A stretch of DNA of 64,000 bases from positions 54,994,001-55,058,000 of the forward strand of contig OX597824.1 in the NCBI GenBank assembly GCA_951406725.2, read 5' to 3'. This stretch comes from Octopus vulgaris. Lineage: Eukaryota. The notes beneath the pieces were generated by a model. The model saw only the letters and a program-made list of their open reading frames with translations, did no database searches and had not been told where the DNA came from. Shown in pieces: positions 35,901 through 57,257 of this stretch. Every line of letters begins with the position of its first letter. Position 1 is the stretch's first letter. The position numbers were made by a program, and so were the translations under genes.

Positions 35901-36125
35901 TGTGTGAAGAAGTGCCACTCCCAAACAGTTGAAGGTATCAGGGGGAGAGGTAGACCCAGGAAGACATGGGATGAGGTAGTCAAGCATGACCTCAGAGCAT
36001 TGGGCCTCACTGAGGCAATGGCGAAGGACCGAGATCTCTGGAGATATGCTGTGACTACAAAGACCCGGGCTGCTTTCTGCAGCAATTCCACATACCCCCT
36101 ACCCCCTACCCCCTACCCATTCTAA
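32931..36125 (+). CDS. RTE-clade LINE polyprotein: APE endonuclease + reverse transcriptase with inserted PHD-type zinc finger (1064 aa, uninterrupted)
   Basis: EN: GTINV, CIQEVRW, SAYAPQ, GDFNGHVG, QIDFIL. RT: NYRGIKLL, QFGFVPGRSTTDAIF, FVDLEKAFDRV, GVHQGSALSPLLF, YADD, FRYLG. RTE-type C-terminus RRLRWYGHV..RGRGRPRKTW. The start codon is uncertain (GTG). Confidence 0.93.
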   Translation: MVRLEERSKEKYHENYHHHNNPPLLRRRIPPVPPISFPVFRVGTINVGTLTGKSSEIVEMLERRQVDVCCIQEVRWRDASARVLTGKALRYKLYWQGNAEGVGGVGILLAEEWVDKVIEVVRVCDRVLKLRLVLQSGTAMIISAYAPQAGLPNDQKDNFYDTLLQATSKTSNKDLIFVGGDFNGHVGRESGIFTGVHGGYGIGTRNDEGTRLLEFCDACNLSICNTNFKKPVCHLITYQSGDSASQIDFILTRQRDAGLLLNTKTLPGEECIPQHRLIISDFKLEARRTPRNKPIQKRRIWRLKNPSHGQKFRDILIKKFDEREEELQTSDIEGSWEFLRDSLLSATDQVCGWCKVPSRPRITWWWNSAVDKAICEKRRAWKAWKDGGSRELYQIAKREAGRQVYIAKDVAEKKKFANVQRREDQRAEVFRIARQCVRENSDVIGEKCVRMDDGALAFTTSEKKEAWRSHYERLLNEENEWEEESLPNVDPVEGPATRIDSSLVDKAIKDMKPGKAPGLSGITAEMLKTAGYVGYAIVTRIVNQVVHNGVIPNDWCSSTIVNCYKGKGDALDRNNYRGIKLLDQVMKVSEKVITNLIRERICLDEMQFGFVPGRSTTDAIFLVRQLQEKYLAKDKPLYIAFVDLEKAFDRVPRSLIWWSMRKLEIEEWLIRAVQALYREAVSKVRIGNEYSEEFRVEVGVHQGSALSPLLFIIVLQAITEEFKTGCPWELLYADDLALIAESLPELEEKFRVWKQGLESKGLRINVAKTKVLVSSKRYSAHTPSGRWPCSTCRKGTGRNSIRCTQCKLWTHKRCSNIKGKLTDKIAFMCGRCTGTIDTTDTQKTDSITLQGEKLEVVDSFRYLGDQVSSGGGCTESITTRIRIAWAKFRKLLPLLATKGLSLRAKGRLYDACVRTAMLHGNETWAVTAEDMRGLERNEASMIRWMCSVSVHARQSVSILREMLDIRSIRCGVQERRLRWYGHVLRMDEERCVKKCHSQTVEGIRGRGRPRKTWDEVVKHDLRALGLTEAMAKDRDLWRYAVTTKTRAAFCSNSTYPLPPTPYPF

Positions 36126-36457
36126 GTACCCCGGATCCCCAAAGTACCCTGGATCCCCAAAGTACCCCGATCCCCAAAGTACCCCGGACCTTGTTGCCCC
36201 CGTGCCGCTGACACGTTAAAAGCTCGAACCGATCGTGACCGATGCCGGACCCTCCGGCCCCTGTGCAGGTGGCACGTAAAAAGCACCCAATCCACTCACG
36301 GAGTGGTTGGCGTTAGGAAGGGCATCCAGCCGTAGAAACTCTGCCAGATTCAGACTGGAGCCTGGAGCGGCCCCTGGCTTCCCAGACCCGGTCGAACCGT
36401 CCAACCCGTGCTAGCGCGGAAAGCGGACGTTAAACGATGATGATGATGATGATGATG

Positions 36458-36990
<533 letters not shown>

Positions 36991-37002
36991 CATACATATG
37001 TA

Positions 37003-39755
37003 GTTGATGTAGTTGTGTGTGCTACATATCGCCCTCCAGATGCCCCAAGTCATATGGGCAAATTTGAGGACTGCCTTTTAAAATTAGAAGAAGTTCTAAC
37101 CACATTAGAACAACACATAAGTGTACTTCTCATGGGAGACTTCAATCTACCGAATGTCAGATGGCCCGAGGGCCTTTCTCTCCCAGGAATGACAAGATGT
37201 GAACGAGGACAGGTTAGGTCCCTCCTGAACCTCATCAACACCCTGTACATGGAGCAAGTAATACTCCAACCAACCAGAGCAGGTAACACACTGGATCTCT
37301 GCTTCACAAATAATATGGATCTCATCCATAATGTGAAAGTGACACCGACACTACTCTCGGATCACAACATGGTAGAGCTGACCATGTACGGGCCAAAAGA
37401 GAGCACGGACATGCAGCCTACAAGAAACCCTCAGAATCTTTCCAGCTTGAACTTCAATAAGGCAAACTGGAAACAAATTGAGAAAGAGATCCTCAAACAA
37501 AACTGGCCTGAATGTCTCTCCTCGCCGGACATCGACAGGATACTTCAACAATTCATGTCTGTAATGCAAGCCATATGCTACAAATGTGTCCCAGAGAGAA
37601 AGGCCACTGTACACAAGAACAAAATCCCCAGAGAGAGGAAAATTTTAATGAGACGGCGTACAAAAATTTCAAATCGCCTAAACAAACAAATTGAAAGCAG
37701 TGAAAAGTCCCGCCTGAAAATAAAACTGTTGGAAATTGAAAATTGTCTGCAACTCTCCCATGAGAAGGAAAGAGCAGACAAAGAAGCCTGGGCTATAGAC
37801 AACATAAAAACTAACCCCAGAGCTTTCTACAGGTATGCCAAAGAAACAGCTACGGTGCACTGTAGGATAGGGCCACTCCTTGAAAAGGATGGAACACTCA
37901 CAGGAAAACCAATGAGGGTAAGTGAAATACTGAATGAACAATTCAAGAGTGTTTTCACTCCACCCCTTGGGCATTTCCAAATCAGCAATCCAACTGACTT
38001 CTTTACCACTGCAGATATAAAATCAGAGGCGGCGACGATAAATTACATCGATATAAAGGAAGACGATGTAATAAAGGCTATAGATGAAATGAAAATAGAC
38101 TCAGCTATTGGCCCCGATGGATTCCCGGCAATCCTCCTAAAAGTATGTAAGAGAGTCTTAGCAAGACCACTGCAGTTCCTCTTTCAGAGCTTCCTTGCAG
38201 CTGGCAAACTTCCAAGAAAACTGAAGGAAGGTAAAATATGCCCTATTCATAAAGGAGGTAGCAGAGCGGAGGCCAAGAACTACAGACCTATCTCTCTGAC
38301 CTCACACATCAGCAAGGTCATGGAACGAATAGTCAGAAGGAAACTAATCACCTTCCTTGAAGAAAATGACTTGCTGCCTGACACCCAACATGGTTTCCGA
38401 CCAGGAAGAAGCTGCTTAACTCAGCTCCTGCAGCACTATGACTGGGTGCTGAAACAACTGCTCAACCACTCAAATGTGGAAGTCATATATCTCGACTTCG
38501 CAAAGGCCTTCGATAAAGTCGATCATGGAATGATATGTCACAAACTGCGTGATCTTGGCATAGTTGGAAAACTAGGAGAATGGCTTCACGACTCTCTAAA
38601 GAATAGAAGCCAGGTGGTAGAAGCCAATGGGGCCACTTCCATTAGCACACAAATAGTGAGCGGTGTTCCACAGGGCACTGTTTTGGGACCACTACTGTTC
38701 ATAATGGCCCTCTCAGACATGCCCTCAGCCACGCGGAGAGCCACGATCACAAGTTATGCAGATGATACAAAAGTTTCACAGGCAATACAGAACCCTGAAG
38801 ACACTAGGCACCTGCAATATAAGCTGGACGAAATATACAAGTGGGCTGAAAAGAATAGCATGCAGTTCAATGCTGAAAAGTTTCAAGCTTTATACTATCA
38901 GCATGCAAAACTGAATGCAATACCCAAGGAATACACTGGACCCGGAGGGATTGCAATCCCAGAGGCACAATCAGTGCGTGACCTGGGTATTCACATGAGT
39001 GATGACGCGACCTTTCATGTACATGTTGCTAAACTGACAATGAAATGCAGACGGCTGGCTGGATGGATTCTTAGAACCTTTAGAACAAGAGAACAAGAAA
39101 CCATGATGGTCCTCTGGAAGACACTTGTCCTAAGCCACTTTGACTATTGCTCTCAGCTATGGTCACCATCCAGTGTCAAGTTGATCACAGAACTTGAGGC
39201 GATCCAACGAAGCTACACGAAGAAGATAGCCTCTATGCAGAATGTAAGCTACTGGGAAAGACTCAAGAGATTAAAATTATATTCCCTGGAGCGTAGGCGG
39301 GAAAGATATGCCATAATATACATCTGGAAGATCCTGGAGGGAAGTGTCCTGAACTTTGGCATCGAGAGTTACGCAAATGCCAGAACTGGGCGCCACTGCG
39401 TGGTGCCTAGGACTCCAAACTTGCCATCAAGATGTAGGACAAGATTCTGTGATAGCCTGGGCTTCCGAGGCCCACAGCTCTTCAATATCCTCCCGAAGAA
39501 CCTGAGAGACCTGCATGGGGTGGATACAGATGTCTTTAAAATGGAGCTGGATCTCTTCCTGTCAGGTGTCCCAGATGAACCAACTTCACGGCAGGAGGGG
39601 CAGATGAGGGCAGCTGCATCGAACTCTCTCATGCACCAAATAGCAGTTGCTAGAAAGCCTCCATGAAGTGAAACCAAGTAGCAACACCAAATGGCGGTGC
39701 CCCAGCATGGCCACAGCTCATAAGCTGAAACTAGAATCAATCAATCAATCAATCA
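37003..39755 (+). mobile_element. CR1/L2-like LINE subfamily A, 5'-truncated, open ORF2 37015-39666 (partial EN + RT)
   Basis: [27 protein letters not shown]; RT motifs including YADD; (AATC)n tail. Confidence 0.92.
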
Positions 39756-39868
39756 TATATATATATATATATATACATATATATATACATATATATATAC
39801 ATATATATATACATATATATATATATACATATATATATATACATATATATATATACATATATATATAC

Positions 39869-39924
<56 letters not shown>

Positions 39925-39926
39925 GC

Positions 39927-39975
<49 letters not shown>

Positions 39976-40039
39976 CATATATATATATACATATATATAT
40001 ACATATATATATACATATATATATACATATATATATATA

Positions 40040-41425
40040 CACAGAACCGGAGTGGCAAATATACGAATTCAATCACTTACCGTTAATAGCGGACATATGT
40101 TTCTGGATCGCAAACGTGGAAACAGTTTGAATTCCGTCATCGGCGCTATATTCGATAGTTTTACTAAATGCCACTAGCCCTCACTTCTGACCCAGCGACA
40201 TCAGATAGTGGGGGGAAAGTGCAGATGTTAAAACTAAGTGGCGACTGGGAACGTAAATTTTCCCTCCAAAATTCTGCCATGCGCGCTTTCTGGTTAATCG
40301 TAATGGAATGAGGAATCCACATGGTAATTCAATAAAAATGGTAAATAATTTTCCTGTGGTTTATCATGTAACCAACAATTATTTACCGGTAAATTTCGGT
40401 ATGTAAATACGACAAATTAATTGTCAAGACCTTTGTAAGGTTCAGTATATAGTAAAGAAAAAATAAGAAGGCTAACAGCAGGCTGTTTCACCTCATACCG
40501 AAGGAATTAGAAATGGCAGTCAAAGACCGTTTTTCCAATTTCTATAAGTGGAGAATCCAAAAACGAAGGCCCTTACGGCTCACATACACAAAACCGGAGT
40601 GGCAAATATACGAATTCAATCACTTACCGTTAATAGCGGACATATGTTTCTGGATCGCAAACGTGGAAACAGTTTGAATTCCGTCATCGGCGCTATATTC
40701 GATAGTTTTACTAAATGCCACTAGCCCTCACTTCTGACCCAGCGACATCAGATAGTGGGGGGAAAGTGCAGATGTTAAAACTAAGTGGCGACTGGGAACG
40801 TAAATTTTCCCTCCAAAATTCTGCCATGCGCGCTTTCTGGTTAATCGTAATGGAATGAGGAATCCACATGGTAATTCAATAAAAATGGTAAATAATTTTC
40901 CTGTGGTTTATCATGTAACCAATAGAAATTGGAAAAACGGTCTTTGACTGCCATTTCTAATTCCTTCGGTATGAGGTGAAACAGCCTGCTGTTAGCCTTC
41001 TTATTTTTTCTTTACTATATACTGAACCTTACAAAGGTCTTGACAATTAATTTGTCGTATTTACATACCGAAATTTACCGGTAAATAATTGTTGGTTACA
41101 TGATAAACCACAGGAAAATTATTTACCATTTTTATTGAATTACCATGTGGATTCCTCATTCCATTACGATTACCCAGAAAGCGCGCATGGCAGAATTTTG
41201 GAGGAAAATTTACGTTCCCAGTCGCCACTTAGTTTTAACATCTGCACTTTCCCCCCACTATCTGATGTCGCTGGGTCAGAAGTGAGGGCTAGTGGCATTT
41301 AGTAAAACTATCGAATATAGCGCCGATGACGGAATTCAAACTGTTTCCACGTTTGCGATCCAGAAACATATGTCCGCTATTAACGGTAAGTGATTGAATT
41401 CGTATATTTGCCACTCCGGTTTTGT
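40040..41425. repeat. 547-bp unit repeat: ~1.6 direct copies (40040-40921) plus an inverted copy (40922-41425)
   Basis: AACCGGAGTGGC at 40045 and 40592; reverse complement begins at 40922. Confidence 0.9.
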
Positions 41426-41458
41426 GTATATATATATATGTATATATATATGTATATA

Positions 41459-41541
<83 letters not shown>

Positions 41542-41707
41542 GCATATATATATATATATGTATATATATATGTATATATATATGTATATATATATATATG
41601 TATATATATATGTATATATATATGTATATATATATATGTATATATATATATGTATATATATATATGTATATATATATGTATATATATATGTATATATATA
41701 TATATAT

Positions 41708-42066
41708 ATGATTGATTGATTGATTGATTCTAGTTTCAGCTTATGAGCTGTGGCCATGCTGGGGCACCGCCATTTGGTGTTGCTACTTGGTTTCACTTCA
41801 TGGAGGCTTTCTAGCAACTGCTATTTGGTGCATGAGAGAGTTCGATGCAGCTGCCCTCATCTGCCCCTCCTGCCGTGAAGTTGGTTCATCTGGGACACCT
41901 GACAGGAAGAGATCCAGCTCCATTTTAAAGACATCTGTATCCACCCCATGCAGGTCTCTCAGGTTCTTCGGGAGGATATTGAAGAGCTGTGGGCCTCGGA
42001 AGCCCAGGCTATCACAGAATCTTGTCCTACATCTTGATGGCAAGTTTGGAGTCCTAGGCACCACGC
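41708..42066 (-). mobile_element. Inverted duplicate of the LINE A 3' end (39398-39755)
   Basis: Appears identical by eye, including the private variants AGCCTCCATGA and CAAATAGCAG. Confidence 0.9.
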
Positions 42067-42137
42067 TCGTAACTAGCGGATCTTCGAAAGGGTATGTTCT
42101 TACTTTCAGTGTTTCCAAATCCAAACCAAGGAGTTTC

Positions 42138-42189
42138 TGAGCTGAAGATAGAAATGTTGTTTTGACTAATCTTGAAACGTACGTTCTCA
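42138..42189 (+). ncRNA. Minimal type I hammerhead motif within repeat 42067-42478
   Basis: TGAG-CTGAAGA-t AGA...TCT t-GAA-ACGTACGT-T-CTCA; palindromic stem III. Confidence 0.55.
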
Positions 42190-42479
42190 AATAACCTTAG
42201 CATTTGATTTTTTAATGTCCTTACCCCCAAACTTTTGTGAGTTGAATCAAGCAAACACTATATATGAGAGAGATTTTCTTTAAGTATTAGAAATAGCTTT
42301 AAAAAAGTTTTTTAGCTGCTATTTCTAATGAGTTCAGTATGCGGCAAAGTAATTTATTTTACTAAGCCCTTTTATATAATGTAATAATTTGAATTCGCCT
42401 TAAATGGTCCCTTTGCATACTGAACACTTGGTGAAATTGATTAATAATTAATTAATTTTACCCTCAATTGTTGAAATCA

Positions 42480-44940
42480 TATATATATATATATATGTAT
42501 ATACATATATATATATATATATATACATGCGCATGCGTATGTATGCATACATACCCACACACTCGCATGCATCCCTACCCACATACATACACGCACACCT
42601 ACTCACACACACACATACACACACACACATACCCGCACACACACACACATACATACATACACACACATACCCACTTCAGACATACACACACACAGACATA
42701 CACCCATACACTCACACTCACACGCATACACACACACACATACACACGCACGCGTACACATACACACACACACACACCTACATACATACATTACACTTGT
42801 ATACACACACACTTACATTCATACACACACACACCTACACAGCCATACCCTCACTCAGACACACACACATCTACCTACACACACACACAAACACACACTG
42901 ACACACACCCATACATACATACATCTACACATTCACGCCTACACACATACATACACACATACATAAACACACACACATACACATACACACACATACGCAC
43001 ACACGCATATACTTATACACATGCACACACACACACACACATACATACATACACCCATATACATACACACACACATACCTATATACTCCTATACGCACAT
43101 ACATACACACAGACATACACACATACACACTCACACAAACATACACACACACATACTTACACACACACTCACCTGCACGCGCACACACATGCATGACAAA
43201 CACCCATACACTCACACTCACATACGCACACACCAACATAAACACGCACACGCACACACACACCTACACTCCCACACACATACACACGCACCTACATACA
43301 CACACGCACGCATACACACGCATACACACATACATTACACACGTACACACACACCTACATACACATGCATACACACACACACAAACATGCACGGACACAC
43401 CCAGACATACATACATACACCTATATACACACGCCCACACACCTACATACACACACATATACACACGCCCACACAGCTACATACACACACATGCATACAC
43501 ACACATACACGGACACACCCATACATACTTACATACATACACCTATACACACACGCCTACACACCTACATACACACACATGCATACACACACACACATGT
43601 ACGCACATACACACACATATACGCACATACATATATACCCACACACATGCACACACACATACGCACATGCATGCATGCATGCATGCACACGCGCACACCT
43701 ACACGCATACACACACACACACGCACGTACACATACATACATACACACACGCATACATACACCCATACACATACATGCATCCTACACACACATACATACA
43801 CACTCACACATACATACACACACACACACTCACTCACACACCTGTATGTTCGCGCACACACATGCACATACACACACTTCCCCACACCCACACGTACATA
43901 CATACACACTCATACACATACACACACACACACACACACGGACATACATCTATGCACACACATATATACACACATACTCACATACATTCATCGGACACAC
44001 TGCCACCCAGACATACACACAGACACACTCACACATCCACACACACACATACTTACGCGCACACTCGCAGGCGCGCGCACACACGCGCTTGCGCCGGTTC
44101 GCGCACGCATACGCGACGCATGCACCTCGCCCTTGGACCCGACGAGACCTCCCGCCCGTTCCTGGGATCGTCGCTTGTCGTTGGGTTTTCCCACGCCCGT
44201 CTCCGCGGGACCACTCTTCCATCTTCCCCTCAGCTGGAATCCTTTTCCTTAACCCCCCCCCCCCTTTTTCGTTACACACACGCGCACACATATAAACACA
44301 TTGCTTAAATATATACATTACTCTTACACACATTCAATCTACTCGCCATTAATACTACCACGACACTGGACACACACACACACTACTACTCAACACACGC
44401 TGGCACGCTACATACGCCCCCACCCCTTCCCTCCCTCCCTCCCTCCCTTCCTCCTTCCTTCCTTTTCTTACTACTGACCTTTGTCTGCTATGCTGCTGCT
44501 ATGCTGACCACCGTCTCGCCCTACCTCACACGCCTACACACAGACGCACACACTAACACATACATATATTTTTTGTTTTTTTATCTCGCCTCACACACAC
44601 ACATACACACACGCACACGCACACACTCACACATACACACACATCTGTTGCGTTACCAACCTTGTCTCCACTCTTTTGCCTTTAAAAACCCACTTTGCTC
44701 TTGTTATCGTAAACATCCGCCTTTCACCATGTGTAACTCGTAAACACCAGTCGTTTTTTTTCTCTATCCCCGTTGCCCGCTCTGGGATCTTTCTTTCCTC
44801 TCTTCCTTCTTTATGTTTCCGACGAAGAGCTCCGCTCGAAACGTCATACCTCCCTGCTTCCATTTCCTGAGCGCCTATTAATAATAATACTGTAATTGTT
44901 CCATTGTTGTTGTTTTTTTGTTTCCCGTTTGGATTAAAAT
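42480..44940 (+). repeat. Degenerate (CA)n-rich tract ending in a unique pLTR-like segment
   Basis: ~1.6 kb of cryptic CA repeat, a GC-rich island at 44080-44260, and a unique tail at 44640-44940 carrying a hammerhead-like motif. Confidence 0.6.
44815..44849 (+). ncRNA. Degenerate minimal hammerhead-like motif
   Basis: GTTT-CCGACGA-a GAGC tcc GCTC-GAA-ACGT-C-ATAC; U4C core change and one stem I mismatch. Confidence 0.4.
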
Positions 44941-45331
<391 letters not shown>

Positions 45332-45344
45332 ATATGTATATATA

Positions 45345-46485
45345 TACGTTTAAATATTTGTTGTGCAAGATTTTTTATGTGAAGTCGTGTGTTGAAACAG
45401 ATATTGTTATATTTCGGAATGGTCATATTGCCAGTTTAGCCAATAAAAACACACGCACTATATATTTGGTGTTATTTTGCTTCAGTGATATTTATTTTTT
45501 ACATTAATCTTAATCTTATTTCGGCCAAAGTTCTTTCGTCACACTCCTGTGACCGCATCAGTGGTCCTTTGTTTTCTTCTCACTTACTTGTGTCTCTCCT
45601 TACTAACCGTCAGCCATTTTGTATTTCTATTGTATGTCTTCATTTGCGCATGCTTATATCTCTATGTGCGTCTATGTTTATTTAGTGTGGGGGGGGGATG
45701 CCTGTAATATTTGTATCTTCTGGTTATATACATTCTTGTAATTTGTATTTTGTTTTTGTTGTTGTTGCTTTTGTTCTAATTTTGTTCATGTGTTTACATC
45801 CACCCATTATTATCATTACATATGCTTGTATGTATGTATAACAACAATATTAGTAATAATAATAATAAATCTAATCGAAAAAAAAAAAAAAGAATATACA
45901 TATACATATATATATATACATACATATACATATACATATACATATATATACATATATACACACATATATACACATATAGATATTCATTTCTATTTCTTTA
46001 ATTACCTGTGTATTTATTATGTTTGCAGGATCCACTATTGTCATATGTTGTGGTGTGCGCTATTGCTCCATTCTAGTTTTCTATTCAGGCTAGGTTTATT
46101 TTCTATTATATGTGTAGCTTCTGTAATTTGTCTAATTGTTGCATCTGTTCTATGTGTGGACAATATCTTAATCTCTATGTTATTGATTGATCCCCCGTGT
46201 TCTTGTTCGGCGTGTTGATACAGAATCGATGAGCTTTTACCTTCCTTGAGTTTTCTCCAATGTTCATTCACCCGCTCACCAATGCTTCTTGCAGTTTCCC
46301 CTACGTATGTTACTGTCTTGTTACTGCATCGTCCCTCTATACATCTTATACTATAGACCACATTTCTGGCTTTACAGTTCGTTTGTGGGCTAAATCTACA
46401 TACAGTGCAATAGTTATCCGTACAGAGAGTTCTACTAAAAGGATAGCTTCTACCAATTATAGATCTGATAGGGTTGCCTGGGTGG
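45345..46485 (-). mobile_element. PLE family 2, 5'-truncated: Cys-rich linker + GIY-YIG endonuclease (stop at 46041), 3' UTR and pLTR
   Basis: CTDNYCTVC..NCKARNVVYSIRC..C..TYVGETARSIGERVNEH..H..EH..E..I..P.LNRK, i.e. a GIY-YIG with PLE CCHH residues. The Cys linker is Neptune-like. Confidence 0.88.
45523..45567 (-). ncRNA. Hammerhead-like motif in PLE family 2 pLTR
   Basis: GGACCA-CTGATGCG-GTCACA ggag TGTGAC-GAAA-GAAC-TT-TGGCC; perfect 6-bp stem II, variant A9 position. Confidence 0.5.
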
Positions 46486-50384
<3,899 letters not shown>

Positions 50385-50461
50385 GTATTAATTGAAGGTA
50401 TATAATTCGACCCCCTTTTTTGATAACTATATATATACATATATATATATATATGCATATA

Positions 50462-50597
<136 letters not shown>

Positions 50598-50788
50598 TGG
50601 CACGTAAAAAACACCCACTACACTCGCGGAGTGGTTGGCGTTAGGAAGGGCATCCAGCTGTAGAAACACTGCCAGACTAGACTGGAGCCTGGGGCAGTCC
50701 CGAGCTCCCCAGACCCCGGTCGAAACCGTCCAACCCGTGCTAGCGCGGAAAACGGACGTTAAACGATGATGATGATGATGATGATGAT
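50598..50788 (+). mobile_element. RTE 3'-end fragment with (GAT)n tail
   Basis: Homologous to 36270-36459. Confidence 0.85.
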
Positions 50789-50792
50789 ATAA

Positions 50793-51696
<904 letters not shown>

Positions 51697-51700
51697 TATA

Positions 51701-53522
<1,822 letters not shown>

Positions 53523-53578
53523 TTAGTGAATTGAAGAAATGGAGTTGGACGAAGATTGAACAGAAATCGTTTTATTGC

Positions 53579-53660
53579 ATTCTACACGTGTTTCGAAAGC
53601 CACAATTTACCAAATTCCAATTGAATAAGGAGACCATATTGTGTCTTTCTCTTCAGGAGT
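53579..53660 (-). ncRNA. Hammerhead-like motif with long stem II
   Basis: ACTC-CTGAAGA-GAAAG a CACAAT...ATTGTG g CTTTC-GAA-ACACGTGT-A-GAAT. 53561-53588 recurs inverted at 53731-53758. Confidence 0.5.
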
Positions 53661-53760
53661 AAATCCGTTGGAAAAAACAAAAACAGAACAGAGGCGGAGC
53701 AAAACAAATGGAACGAGGCTCCTAAGAGCCCGTGTAGAATGCAATAAAACGATTTCTGTC

Positions 53761-54566
<806 letters not shown>

Positions 54567-54869
54567 TATATAGAAGGGAGCTTCTACAGGACTAGAACTG
54601 TTTCATTCAAGAGAAATCATCAGGAAGCTAGTTAACAAGAATTGTTTTGGCATTTATACATTTAGGCAGGTTTAAAGGGGTGGTGGTGGGGGACTTTTTT
54701 GGGGTAGGCATAGCGCAAAAATATCATACTTAGGGGAGTTGTCAAGGAGTCAGTGGTAAAGTAGATAAAAGAATAAATAAAAGAATAAAAAAATAAATAG
54801 AAGAATAGAGTTTTAGGTAAATAAGGAGACTCTCCCTTATACATATACACATATGTATATATATACACA

Positions 54870-55681
54870 CATATACATAAAGCAATGTTGTCAAATTTAG
54901 AATGTTTATATAAGTTTGTGTATAGCAAAGCATATGTATTTGTAAGCATGCGTATCTGTGTATGTGTAAGTGAAAGTATGCTTGTGCTTAAGCACGCATA
55001 CACACGACGGTATGTATATGTATCAATTCAAACTTGTGTATGTATACTGGCCTCTATAGATGCCAATAATATCGCTACAAGTTTTTCCCCACCCCTCCTT
55101 CGTTCCTTTTTCTCTCTTTCCCTTTCTTTCGTTCCCCCTCCTTGCTCAGTATATGAGAATTGCTACATAGATGAATTTTAGCTTGCGTGCGAGACGGTTT
55201 GCGTGAATATATGTACACATGCTTTTATGTGTATAATTTAGATTCATATTCATACGTCTGTATATGTATGTATGGCGTTTACGCGCATCCTTTTGTGTAT
55301 GTTGATATATATATGTGGATTTTAATATTAATATGTATTGCAGTATTTATAACAGGTTTAATTTCTATGCATTAATTTGTACTGTCTTCATTAACGGCAA
55401 TAGGTTTTTTCCTCGGTTTTTTCCTCGGATTTTATAATTTTCATAAGTTTTTTTATATATATATACATATATTTTTGACCTTTTTGTTTATCGCTCGAAG
55501 ATTGACCGTTTTTTCTAAAGGGCCAATCAAACAAGTCCATTTCTTTTTAAAGGTGTAGCGTTTGTAAGAGTATAGATTGAATTAGTATATATGTTCCATT
55601 CTAGCAAAAACTGTCTGATGAACGGCAACGAGAAACTCAGAGTAACAGATTTTGTTGAATTTTCTGCTGCTTAAAATAAAG
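54870..55681 (+). mobile_element. Nested non-coding repeat with hammerhead H3 (55611-55648)
   Basis: 55187-55681 matches 63487-63980; CTGT-CTGATGA-aCG GCAA CGa-GAA-ACTC a GAGT-A-ACAG. Confidence 0.75.
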
Positions 55682-56427
55682 TATATATATATATATACAT
55701 GTATATATACACACACGCCCACACATACATATACATACAAATATATACATACACACACATACACATACACACATACACACACATATATACATACACAAAT
55801 GCACACACATGTCCATATATACACACATATATATATATATATACATATGTGTACCTATACATACCTACACATACACACATATACATACACATACAAACCC
55901 ATTCCCTTATTTTAATTTTATTATTATCTTCATTTATTACTTTTGTTATCTTTGACCGCGGTCACAAGCATCTTGGCTATCGTCCCCCTGGGGACGACAG
56001 CAAGTCCATTTATCTTTCTACTCGAACACAAGCACTCACTCACGCACGCACACTCATTCGCACGCACACACACTCATTCGTACACTCATACACATACACG
56101 CACGCACGCGTTATATTCATACATACATACATCTACATACATTCACATATATACACAGACGTACGCGTACCTACAGATTCATGTCTACACACTTACACAT
56201 ACATACCTCAATACACCCACAGAAGACTAGTCCATACATATACACCAATAAATATATATACACATATACATATACACCTACATACACATACACATATATA
56301 TACGTATATATACATACATATACATACACCTATACATATATACATATATACACATACACACACCCACACATATACATATACATATATATACACACATACA
56401 TACACATACATATATATATATATATAT

Positions 56428-56468
<41 letters not shown>

Positions 56469-56950
56469 CACACACATACACATATACATGCGTACACATA
56501 CACAGACACACACGCGCATCCATATGTACACATAAGTACACACATGCTTAAAAGTATACCTATATTTATACATATGCTTACACATACACACACACACACA
56601 CGCGCCTCCTTATGTTCATATACTTACATGCATACTCAAAAAATAAATAATAAAAAATATATACGTGCAGTTATTCATATACATACATGCATACTCAAAA
56701 AATAAATAATAAATATTAAATATATATACGTGCAGTTACCTATTCTACAGACGGATACATACATATAAACTTACACGTATATACCTATTTACACATATGT
56801 ATATATACATACATACATAACTCTACATACCTACATATACATAAACACACGAGCGTACACGTATATGTACATATACATATATACATACACACACATATAC
56901 ATATATATACATATACATATATATACATATATATATATACACACACACAA

Positions 56951-56985
<35 letters not shown>

Positions 56986-57062
56986 TACACACACATACAC
57001 ATATATACATATACATACAAGCAAACATATACACACTTACACATACATATATACACACACTT

Positions 57063-57109
<47 letters not shown>

Positions 57110-57224
57110 CACACACATTCACATATATATATATATGTATACACACACATACACATACACACATATATATATACATACATATACACACATACACACACAT
57201 ATATATATATACATATATACACAC

Positions 57225-57257
<33 letters not shown>

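Noticed and set aside
41798-42190. 130-aa minus-strand ORF as a novel gene
   Set aside because: It is a chimera of the inverted LINE tail and an unrelated repeat across the 42066 junction.
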